Of a DNA stretch of 24,000 nucleotides, positions 9,992 to 16,678 are shown piece after piece. The notes beneath the pieces were generated by a model. The model was not told the DNA's origin, made no database searches, and saw only the letters and a list, made by a program, of their open reading frames with translations. Origin of the DNA: Alishewanella sp. d11 (GTDB taxonomy: Bacteria > Pseudomonadota > Gammaproteobacteria > Enterobacterales > Alteromonadaceae); NCBI RefSeq assembly GCF_049390205.1, contig NZ_CP186547.1:3442757-3466756 (forward strand), in the 5' to 3' direction. Every line of letters begins with the position of its first letter. Position 1 is the first letter of the stretch. Both the position numbers and the translations under genes were made by a program.

Positions 9992-11119
9992 CTAGCGTAA
10001 ATCGTCTACTACAGCCAGAATTGCCGTAAGCGAATCCTGACCTAATTTCATGGAACGTACATCTGACCAGCCAAAGGCTTCGTCAGGTAAGTTAGCATTA
10101 TCTTTAAACGGCATTTCAAGGGTGTAAGCCAGACATTTAAACTGCTCTGCCACCCAATTCGAGGCTACGGTCAGGTTAGCTTTACCCGGCTCATCGCGCT
10201 CATAACCAAATTTCGTTTGAAATTCTGGCGTCACTAATAACATCGCCGCTTTAAAGGCGTCTTCCAGTTGTTGCATTTTTTCGTTATACGAGGGTACACC
10301 TTCAGAGCCTGCCACAAAGTTGTAGGGTAAATTTTCGTCACCGTGCACATCAAGCAACATGTCTAAACCGATTTCCAGCATTTTTTCGCGAACTAAAAAC
10401 ACTTCCGGACTCTGTTCCATGCTTGGGTTTTGCCACTCACGGTTCAGGTTTACACCCGCTGCGTTAGTCCGTAAATGCCCTCTAACGCTGCCATCCGGAT
10501 TCATATTTGGCACTATGTAGAACACGGCTTTCGCCAGTAACGCTCTTGCTACACCATCATCTTCATCTAAGAGACGGTCCAGTAAACCTTCGATGTACCA
10601 CTCTGCCATCGTTTCACCAGGGTGCTGTCTGGCAATAATCCATACTTTCTTTTTCGTATCATCTGGCTCACCGACCACCAGCATGGACATATCACGCCCA
10701 TCCAGCGTTTCACCCAACTCTATCAATTGACAGTTATAATCATTTTGAGCCTGATGTAATAAGTCCTGATGACGCTCATAGCTGTAAGGCGCAAAGTAAG
10801 CAAAATACACCGATTCTGCTTCCGGATAATGGGTAATGGTTAAGGTTTTACCATCATATTTACTTTCTACGCGAAACCAGGTTTGCCGATCATAAGACGC
10901 TACCGCTTGATAATCCTTCCAACCGTCTGGATAAGCAGACTGTCCAGCATTCACAATATGAATCTTATGCATTTGCGCATGCGGGCTGTTTAACCGAAAA
11001 TGAAACCACTGATAAAAATCTGACTGGTTATCTTTACGAATAGCCAGTTGGATATTATTGGGATCAGTAGCCTGAATAATCTCGATATTGCCACTGTCAA
11101 AATTGCTAGTAATTTTCAT
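9992..11119 (-). CDS. M14-family zinc carboxypeptidase, bacterial cytosolic-carboxypeptidase (CCP)-like, with an N-terminal beta-sandwich domain
   Basis: 375 aa with no signal peptide. It has a CCP-type N-domain (MKITSNFDSGNIEII...YQWFHFRL), an HxxE zinc motif (ARQHPGETMAEW), NMNPDG, NLNREW, and a second zinc His (LDVHGDE). Confidence 0.8.
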   Translation of the reverse strand: MKITSNFDSGNIEIIQATDPNNIQLAIRKDNQSDFYQWFHFRLNSPHAQMHKIHIVNAGQSAYPDGWKDYQAVASYDRQTWFRVESKYDGKTLTITHYPEAESVYFAYFAPYSYERHQDLLHQAQNDYNCQLIELGETLDGRDMSMLVVGEPDDTKKKVWIIARQHPGETMAEWYIEGLLDRLLDEDDGVARALLAKAVFYIVPNMNPDGSVRGHLRTNAAGVNLNREWQNPSMEQSPEVFLVREKMLEIGLDMLLDVHGDENLPYNFVAGSEGVPSYNEKMQQLEDAFKAAMLLVTPEFQTKFGYERDEPGKANLTVASNWVAEQFKCLAYTLEMPFKDNANLPDEAFGWSDVRSMKLGQDSLTAILAVVDDLR

Positions 11120-11218
11120 ATCAATCTCTTAGTTGATCGTTACACGTAATCGATGTGCTTGTGATAAACACGCTTTGCCTAAAACTGGCGCTCCCAAAGC
11201 ACAACATCGTTCTATAAA

Positions 11219-11470
11219 TCAGTTTTCTGGATTTTCTCGCACAAAAGCGATATCTGCAAATCCCATTTTGCTGAATGTTTGTAAGCGGTAGTTTTTTATC
11301 GCGGATTTATCTTTCGCGGTTTGCAGCAACTGCTTTTCCATTGCCAGAAACGCGGTAAGATCAATCCCTTCAGCCGCCGCGACCGCTTCATATAAATCGT
11401 TAAAACGATCATAACTAAACGCAATGACTTTTTTCTGTCCTTTAAAGCTGTAACTCACTTGTCTAGCCAA
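11219..11470 (-). CDS. small conserved hypothetical protein (possibly DUF2960-like, from memory and unverified)
   Basis: The ORF track starts at ATG 11509, which is 37 nt inside the upstream gene. I prefer TTG 11470, preceded by GAGGAG with an 8-nt spacer and lying 2 nt after the upstream stop. That start gives (M)ARQVSYSFKGQKKVIAFSYDRFNDLYEAVAAAEGIDL... Confidence 0.55.
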   Translation of the reverse strand: MARQVSYSFKGQKKVIAFSYDRFNDLYEAVAAAEGIDLTAFLAMEKQLLQTAKDKSAIKNYRLQTFSKMGFADIAFVRENPEN

Positions 11471-11472
11471 GG

Positions 11473-12327
11473 TTATTTCTCCTCTGATAGGGTGTTGCGA
11501 CACAGCCATAACGAAAACACTAAAATGGCCATACCCACAAAGAGTCGCAACAGGTCGGCATCTCTACTCCAAATCAGCAGATTTACCACTAAGCCTGCAG
11601 GAATCAGCGCATTGTTCATTACGGCTAGGGTACCGCTCGACACTTGCGCAGCCCCTTTATTCCACCAAAAATAGCCGCCACCAGAAGCAACGACACCTAA
11701 CCACAGTATGACCAACCATTGCACCGTATTGTCAGGGTATTGCGCTTCGCCAAATACCAACCAGGCAGGCAAGGCAACCAGTAAGGCGCCCACATAAAAC
11801 CAGCCGAAATCATGCGCTGCGTTGCCCTGCTGCGGCTTGGCTTGCCGCAATTTTTTATACCCGACTTGACCCGCGGCAAAACAGAGGTTGGCGCCTTGCA
11901 CTACCGCAAAGCCTAACCAATAATCTGGTGCAGCAACGCCATCACGCATCACCGCGGCGGCCAATACCGCCAAACAAGCCGCCATTAAAAACTTCGGATT
12001 AAAACGCTTACTTAATGCATCATAAAGTAAAGTGATATAAATAGGCGTAAAGATTGTAAAAACCAATACTTGCGGCACACTCAGCAATAAAAAAGACTGA
12101 TAATAAAAAATGTACATCAAACCAAGCTGCACCGCACCCAGCATCGCCATAGCGCAAGCCTGTGATGTGCTGCCACGATAACGCAATAGCAGCGGGATAA
12201 ATACCAGCAAGGCTAGCACGATTCGACTTACCACTGCAAAATAAGGGTCAACCTGACCGGCGAGATAAACCCCAATCAGGCTGAAGGAAAAGGCCCAGAG
12301 TAATGTAACCGCAACCAGATAACGCAT
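11473..12327 (-). CDS. EamA/DMT-superfamily transporter (about 10 TM)
   Basis: 284 aa, hydrophobic throughout, with a two-halves DMT architecture and an N-terminus MRYLVAVTLLWAFSFSLIG typical of EamA proteins. Confidence 0.75.
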   Translation of the reverse strand: MRYLVAVTLLWAFSFSLIGVYLAGQVDPYFAVVSRIVLALLVFIPLLLRYRGSTSQACAMAMLGAVQLGLMYIFYYQSFLLLSVPQVLVFTIFTPIYITLLYDALSKRFNPKFLMAACLAVLAAAVMRDGVAAPDYWLGFAVVQGANLCFAAGQVGYKKLRQAKPQQGNAAHDFGWFYVGALLVALPAWLVFGEAQYPDNTVQWLVILWLGVVASGGGYFWWNKGAAQVSSGTLAVMNNALIPAGLVVNLLIWSRDADLLRLFVGMAILVFSLWLCRNTLSEEK

Positions 12328-13457
12328 TAGGTCAGTTTATGTTGCTTTTCAACAGGCGCTGCATACATTTTGGTTAGCAATACCTGCGCTTCTGGCGACA
12401 CGCTATTAAGTCTCGTTTGCCATAATTCTTGCGTTTTACTATCAGGTTGCTGTTCGGTGCTGCCTGCAGCTAAATAATTGATAGGAAATAAGCGATAGCC
12501 TTGCCAAATTTGTTGATCAATTTGCGCTGCAAGGGTATCCGCGTCGTCTGGTATGCTACTGAGTGGTTTGCCAAACGCAACATGAACGCGGCCTTTAAAG
12601 CCCACTATCCCCTTAATGATGGTATCGATATCTTCAAACTCACCTTTTTGGTAGTTACCATGCTGCTGCTTATGCCAAAGCTCATGCACTTTATCTTTAT
12701 CGCAAGGATCAAATTCATAAGACAAACACACTGGCACAATCTTAAGGTTAGCAAGGTATGCACTAAATGGCTCACCGCGCTTTTTACCTTCCATGTAAAA
12801 CATTTTTAGAATGGCTGGATCGGTTTCATCATTACCGTCTTTGGCACGGCCCTCTTTTTGCGCAATCCAAATAGACTGCCCTTCCTCTAAGGAGTGTTTA
12901 ATGTACGCAGATAACTGCGATAAGTTTTTAAGCATTTCACGAGGGCCTTTAGCCCCTCGCTTTACAATGAAGCTTTTATTTAACTTCATTAGCTCTGTAG
13001 CACAGGCTTTACGCAGCAAATTATCGCCAATGGCAATGCGAACAGTGGCAAACCCTTGCTGATGCAAGCTCCAGTTAACCAAAGCGGGATCCATAGCGAT
13101 ATCACGATGGTTTGAAATAAATAGATAGGCTTGCTTAGGATCTAAATGTTCAATACCGCTGCAACTGACTTCTGTCGTGGACTTGGCGATCATTTGCTCC
13201 ATAAAAGCAGCAACCTGCAACTGCACTTTGGCCACGCTATTGAGCTTTGCCCATTTCCGTTTTAAGAAAAACTTAACAACAGGAGACAACATCCAACCGA
13301 AGCTGCCCGCTAAGTGTGGAAAACGGTAATGTATAATGGCATCAATAAATTCTTGATCGGCAATTAAGCGCAAAATAGCCGCTTGCACTTCATTATCTTG
13401 ATAAGGCCGGATATCGGCAAAAGGATCAGTTTGTACGTCTGTCACGCTACTTATCAC
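12327..13457 (-). CDS. PlsC/GPAT-superfamily acyltransferase (lysophospholipid/glycerol-phosphate acyltransferase-like)
   Basis: 376 aa. It has an acyltransferase motif I variant FISNHRDIAMDPAL, a motif III-like AQKEGRAKDGND, and IVPVCLSYE. The GTG start at 13457 has a poor SD, so the start is uncertain. Its stop overlaps the next ATG (TAATG). Confidence 0.65.
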   Translation of the reverse strand: MISSVTDVQTDPFADIRPYQDNEVQAAILRLIADQEFIDAIIHYRFPHLAGSFGWMLSPVVKFFLKRKWAKLNSVAKVQLQVAAFMEQMIAKSTTEVSCSGIEHLDPKQAYLFISNHRDIAMDPALVNWSLHQQGFATVRIAIGDNLLRKACATELMKLNKSFIVKRGAKGPREMLKNLSQLSAYIKHSLEEGQSIWIAQKEGRAKDGNDETDPAILKMFYMEGKKRGEPFSAYLANLKIVPVCLSYEFDPCDKDKVHELWHKQQHGNYQKGEFEDIDTIIKGIVGFKGRVHVAFGKPLSSIPDDADTLAAQIDQQIWQGYRLFPINYLAAGSTEQQPDSKTQELWQTRLNSVSPEAQVLLTKMYAAPVEKQHKLT

Positions 13458-13653
13458 ACCCTAAGAAAAATGTTGCGCTATTCTACCTATTCAACAGGAT
13501 TAAACCAGAGCAGCAAACATATTTCAGTGTAAAGTCATAGCAACATTATACTCATTGCACTAAGTGAACAGCTCCCACAACATCGCAAACGCCTTTACCA
13601 TGAGCATAAATGCACGTTTTTGTTGAAAAAAGCTGCAGTCGTTCAAAAGCGCA

Positions 13654-13681
13654 TTGCATTTCACTCTGAAATCATTATGAT
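13654..13681 (+). promoter_or_regulatory. putative sigma70 promoter of tRNA-Pro
   Basis: TTGCAT (13654-13659) is followed by a 16-nt spacer and TATGAT (13676-13681). A GC-rich discriminator ACGCCC follows, and an A/T-rich stretch lies upstream. The tRNA starts 12 nt downstream. Confidence 0.55.
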
Positions 13682-13692
13682 ACGCCCTACGT

Positions 13693-13769
<77 letters not shown>

Positions 13770-13826
13770 TTAATTTCCTCAAGTTTTGTAAATTCGAAAA
13801 TTCCTATCACTTTAGTTTCTTCATAA

Positions 13827-13866
13827 TGATAAATAACCTAGCTGTTTATCTTAGCTCTGACAGCTA
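13827..13866. repeat. copy A of the short intergenic repeat family; also a possible luxR terminator hairpin
   Basis: The sequence is TGATAAATAACCTAGCTGTTTATCTTAGCTCTGACAGCTA. It contains GATAAA/TTTATC and TAGCTGT/ACAGCTA (13839-13845 / 13860-13866) inverted pairs. It shares GATAAAT..AAC.TAGCTGTT.AT with copy B at 18433-18458. Confidence 0.5.
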
Positions 13867-13877
13867 ATTGTAGTAAC

Positions 13878-14585
13878 TTATTCTTTACCAATAACTTTGC
13901 TAAGCCTAACTGCCTCAGCCGTTGTGGCAGCACCAAGTTTATTGCGGGCATTTCGAAGATGATTCTCAATAGTACGCACAGAGATCCCCAGTGTTTCAGC
14001 AATGGCTGCCTGTCGCCAACCTACACCTATCCAAGCCAAAATTTCTTGTTCCCTTGCGGTTAAATGCCCTTTTAGTATTGCTGAGGGGGCTTCGAGTAAA
14101 TGTCGGGCTCGAAAAAAAGCAACATGAGCCAAACTACTTAAGGCAAGCCGACTCCTACTGGAAGCATCAATGTTATTGCCTGCAAAGCTAAAAGCGCCTT
14201 GCAATCCAGTTGGGCCAAAAATTGGAATTTGCAAGCCATGTAAGCCCTGCCCATGCGGTTTATTCACTATTTTGTAGCGTTCGCCTTTGGCTGTGGGAGT
14301 TTTGCTCCAAAAAAACGGTTCATCATGACGGATCACATGCTGCGTAGCAGGGCAATGCCTTAAATAACTCGCTACATCCAGGGGCAACTCTTGCTCTAGC
14401 CAAGCGCCCTCTAGCCAATAGATCCGTTCGATGCGACCTTCTTCGCTTGTGTTTACTGTAAAGGATAAAATACGATCATAGCCAAGTGGCGCGATATAGT
14501 GCCGCACATGTTGTTGTAGCTCTGTAAATTGCTTGCTGCGCTCGGCAGCAAGCAAAGTATCAATAAGTTTGTCGTGCAATATCAT
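13878..14585 (-). CDS. LuxR-family transcriptional regulator with an autoinducer-binding-like N-domain; no luxI in the window (LuxR solo)
   Basis: The C-terminal GerE/LuxR HTH is LTAREQEILAWIGVGWRQAAIAETLGISVRTIENHLRNARNKLG, with E-x3-L-x5-G conserved. The N-domain shows the Y-x3-(D)P-x13-W pattern as SYLRHCPATQHVIRHDEPFFW. I chose ATG 14585; the ORF track uses TTG 14588. Confidence 0.8.
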   Translation of the reverse strand: MILHDKLIDTLLAAERSKQFTELQQHVRHYIAPLGYDRILSFTVNTSEEGRIERIYWLEGAWLEQELPLDVASYLRHCPATQHVIRHDEPFFWSKTPTAKGERYKIVNKPHGQGLHGLQIPIFGPTGLQGAFSFAGNNIDASSRSRLALSSLAHVAFFRARHLLEAPSAILKGHLTAREQEILAWIGVGWRQAAIAETLGISVRTIENHLRNARNKLGAATTAEAVRLSKVIGKE

Positions 14586-14594
14586 CAATAAGCG

Positions 14595-15449
14595 TCACAC
14601 GGCGTTTAATAACGTGTTGGCAGCAAGTTGTCCTAGCGCATTCGCCGCCAGCGGACTATCACCAGTCAGCAAGTTGCGATCTTGATGCACCATGCCGCTG
14701 ATCCCCTCATTTAGCATCACCAAACCGTTAGCTTGCAATTGCTTAGCATATTGCCAGGTCAAGTGCCCCGGCATATAGCCGATATCGGGGGTTTGTGCAT
14801 CCAGCGCATCAGGAAAGGCACAAAGGCTATAGCCGGCTAACCGCGAGTTACTGCCAACGGCCAATAGCGCGGCGGGGCCATGGCAAAGTGAGATAATAAA
14901 CTTGTTATAATCCATTGCCCAGTTCAATACTGTGCTCATCTCGCTGCTAAAAGGTAAGCCGATAAGCGCGCCGTGTCCGCCTGGGATAAAAACCGCAATA
15001 TAATCTGAATCCGCTCCCAAATTATTGGCAATCACATCAGCAAGCTTTAAGGGTGTTTGAAACTGCTGACGATATTTGGCAAACAAGCTCATCACTGCTT
15101 TGTCTTCATTTGGCATGGCCCAGTATTCAAACTTAACCGAATTACCTGAAAGCGTCGCAATATCAAAATCAAAACCTGCTTGAGCTAAGTGGTACATCGG
15201 CAGTAAGGTTTCAACTGGATGATTGCCGGTTGAAAATAGCGTGCCATTTTGCATCGGTAAATAGCGCTCATCTGCGGCAACCACTAATACTTTCCAGCGA
15301 CCGCCCTGATAAGCGTTTGGATACTCAGCATTACTTAAATCTGATTTTGCAGAGGTAAACTGGCTAAGCGAAAAAGGCGATGGGAAGTAAGCATTATCCT
15401 CGGCTAGATCACGGGTTGGTGTTTTGTCTGTTGTAAGGTTGTTCGTCAT
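14595..15449 (-). CDS. hchA: glyoxalase III / protein deglycase HchA (Hsp31, DJ-1/PfpI superfamily)
   Basis: Colinear with E. coli HchA from memory (AEDNA.FPS..SLSQ.TS, LVIAADERYLP, FSTGNHP.ETLLP.YHL, FEYWAMP, ISLCHGPAA nucleophile elbow, GYMPGHLTW, LLTGDSP.AANALG). The start is ATG 15449, preceded by GGAG with a 7-nt spacer. The 19-codon upstream extension in the ORF track has no homology. Confidence 0.9.
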   Translation of the reverse strand: MTNNLTTDKTPTRDLAEDNAYFPSPFSLSQFTSAKSDLSNAEYPNAYQGGRWKVLVVAADERYLPMQNGTLFSTGNHPVETLLPMYHLAQAGFDFDIATLSGNSVKFEYWAMPNEDKAVMSLFAKYRQQFQTPLKLADVIANNLGADSDYIAVFIPGGHGALIGLPFSSEMSTVLNWAMDYNKFIISLCHGPAALLAVGSNSRLAGYSLCAFPDALDAQTPDIGYMPGHLTWQYAKQLQANGLVMLNEGISGMVHQDRNLLTGDSPLAANALGQLAANTLLNAV

Positions 15450-15590
15450 TATCAGCTCCAAAGGTATTTGTGTGCAGCTGTATAATAAGATAGCAGTTAA
15501 CGTCACAACATAAGGGTTATCCCCTAGTTTTAATCTGATTTTTTAAATTAAAGCTTCATCAAATTAAAAAACCCTTGTGAATATTAGAGT

Positions 15591-15626
15591 TTGAAAATAA
15601 CGCCTGCCAGCAGTCAAGCAGGCGTT
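15591..15626 (-). terminator. hairpin terminator after the SDR gene, separating it from hchA-luxR
   Basis: AACGCCTGC (15599-15607) pairs with GCAGGCGTT (15618-15626) as a 9-bp stem with a 10-nt loop. The minus-strand tail is ATTTTCAA and the plus-strand tail is TCACACTTTTT. Confidence 0.55.
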
Positions 15627-15635
15627 TCACACTTT

Positions 15636-16628
15636 TTAATAGCTAGTCCAGCCACCATCCGTTGCGTAGGTCGCACCTGTTAAATTAGAGGCTTCATCGG
15701 ACAACAAATACAACATAGTCGAGACTTGCTCCCATACGGTAGCCGGACGCCGCTTACTATCAGCATAAGCTAGAATGCTTTGAGTTTTAATGCTACCCAT
15801 TTTAGGGCCTGGTTCATTCATGGCTTCTTTTACCAAAGCGCCAGCTCGTTCTACCATGGGCGTATCGGTAGCTGCCATATTAACTGAGTTCACGCGGATG
15901 CCATAGGGAGCGTAATCGATGGCCGCATTCCGCGTTAAGCCTGTAACAGCATGCTTACTTGCCACATAAGCAGGGTTACCGGATAAGCCTGTTAACCCTG
16001 CAATAGAACCCACATTAAGAATAACGCCACCATCGCCTTGTGCTACCATTTGTTTCAACTCAGACCGCATACTGCGAAACACACCAGTAGCGTTGCTACG
16101 AAACACATTGTCCCAATACTCATCGGTAGCTTGGTGGATAGGCGCAAACACCAAGGCTTTTTGCTGCTGGTAATCTATTGGAGCGCCTGAGTAAACGCCG
16201 TCCATGACCCCAGCATTGTTTACAGCAGCATCCAGCCGTCCAAATCGTTCAACAGCTAAAGCAACCATTCGCTCACATACAGCAGCATCACTGACATCAC
16301 CATGCAAGAACACGGCATTACCACCCGCTTTAACTATCCGCTCTATGGTGCGTCGGCCTAAATCTTCAATCCAATCGACCCCAACAATATTTGCCCCTTC
16401 CCGTGCGGCTCTTATTGCAAAGGCTGCGCCCATACCTCTGGCGCAGCCAGTAATAAGTATAGTTTTGCCTTTAAAACGATTAGGAATAAAGTAATCCTCT
16501 GCCGTTGGTGCAATATCTTTGATACCGACCGCTGGTTTGGGAGCAGTGGGGACTTGCGCAAAACCACTACCGGCAACAGTCGCGGCAGCAGCAAAGGCTG
16601 TAAATTTTAGTAAGTCACGACGATCCAT
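15636..16628 (-). CDS. short-chain dehydrogenase/reductase (SDR) with an N-terminal twin-arginine (Tat) signal peptide
   Basis: ATG 16628 is preceded by AAGGAGAG. The Tat signal is [28 protein letters not shown] motifs are [10 protein letters not shown] (TGxxxGxG), NNAG and YVASKHAV (YxxxK). The ORF-track start at 16718 adds 30 non-homologous codons. Confidence 0.85.
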   Translation of the reverse strand: MDRRDLLKFTAFAAAATVAGSGFAQVPTAPKPAVGIKDIAPTAEDYFIPNRFKGKTILITGCARGMGAAFAIRAAREGANIVGVDWIEDLGRRTIERIVKAGGNAVFLHGDVSDAAVCERMVALAVERFGRLDAAVNNAGVMDGVYSGAPIDYQQQKALVFAPIHQATDEYWDNVFRSNATGVFRSMRSELKQMVAQGDGGVILNVGSIAGLTGLSGNPAYVASKHAVTGLTRNAAIDYAPYGIRVNSVNMAATDTPMVERAGALVKEAMNEPGPKMGSIKTQSILAYADSKRRPATVWEQVSTMLYLLSDEASNLTGATYATDGGWTSY

Positions 16629-16678
16629 TGTACTCTCCTTCATTAACCACTCAAAAAAACCATGTCTGATCACATGCA

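Noticed and set aside
11459-11879. ORFs 11459-11674(+) and 11697-11879(-)
   Set aside because: They sit inside the EamA transporter gene in other frames and have no supporting signals.
15470-15500. lux-box-like inverted repeat upstream of hchA (AACTGCTATCTTATTATACAGCTG on the minus strand)
   Set aside because: Only CTG/CAG pair, and the spacing is N13 rather than the CTG-N10-CAG of lux, las and tra boxes. This is indistinguishable from chance in an AT-rich promoter.
15450-15506. Upstream extension of hchA in the ORF track. The SDR has the same issue at 16629-16718, and luxR, thiG, the OMP and DUF349 have non-ATG first codons.
   Set aside because: The extensions have no homology to the families. 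The internal ATGs have proper SD sequences and restore canonical N-termini or signal peptides.
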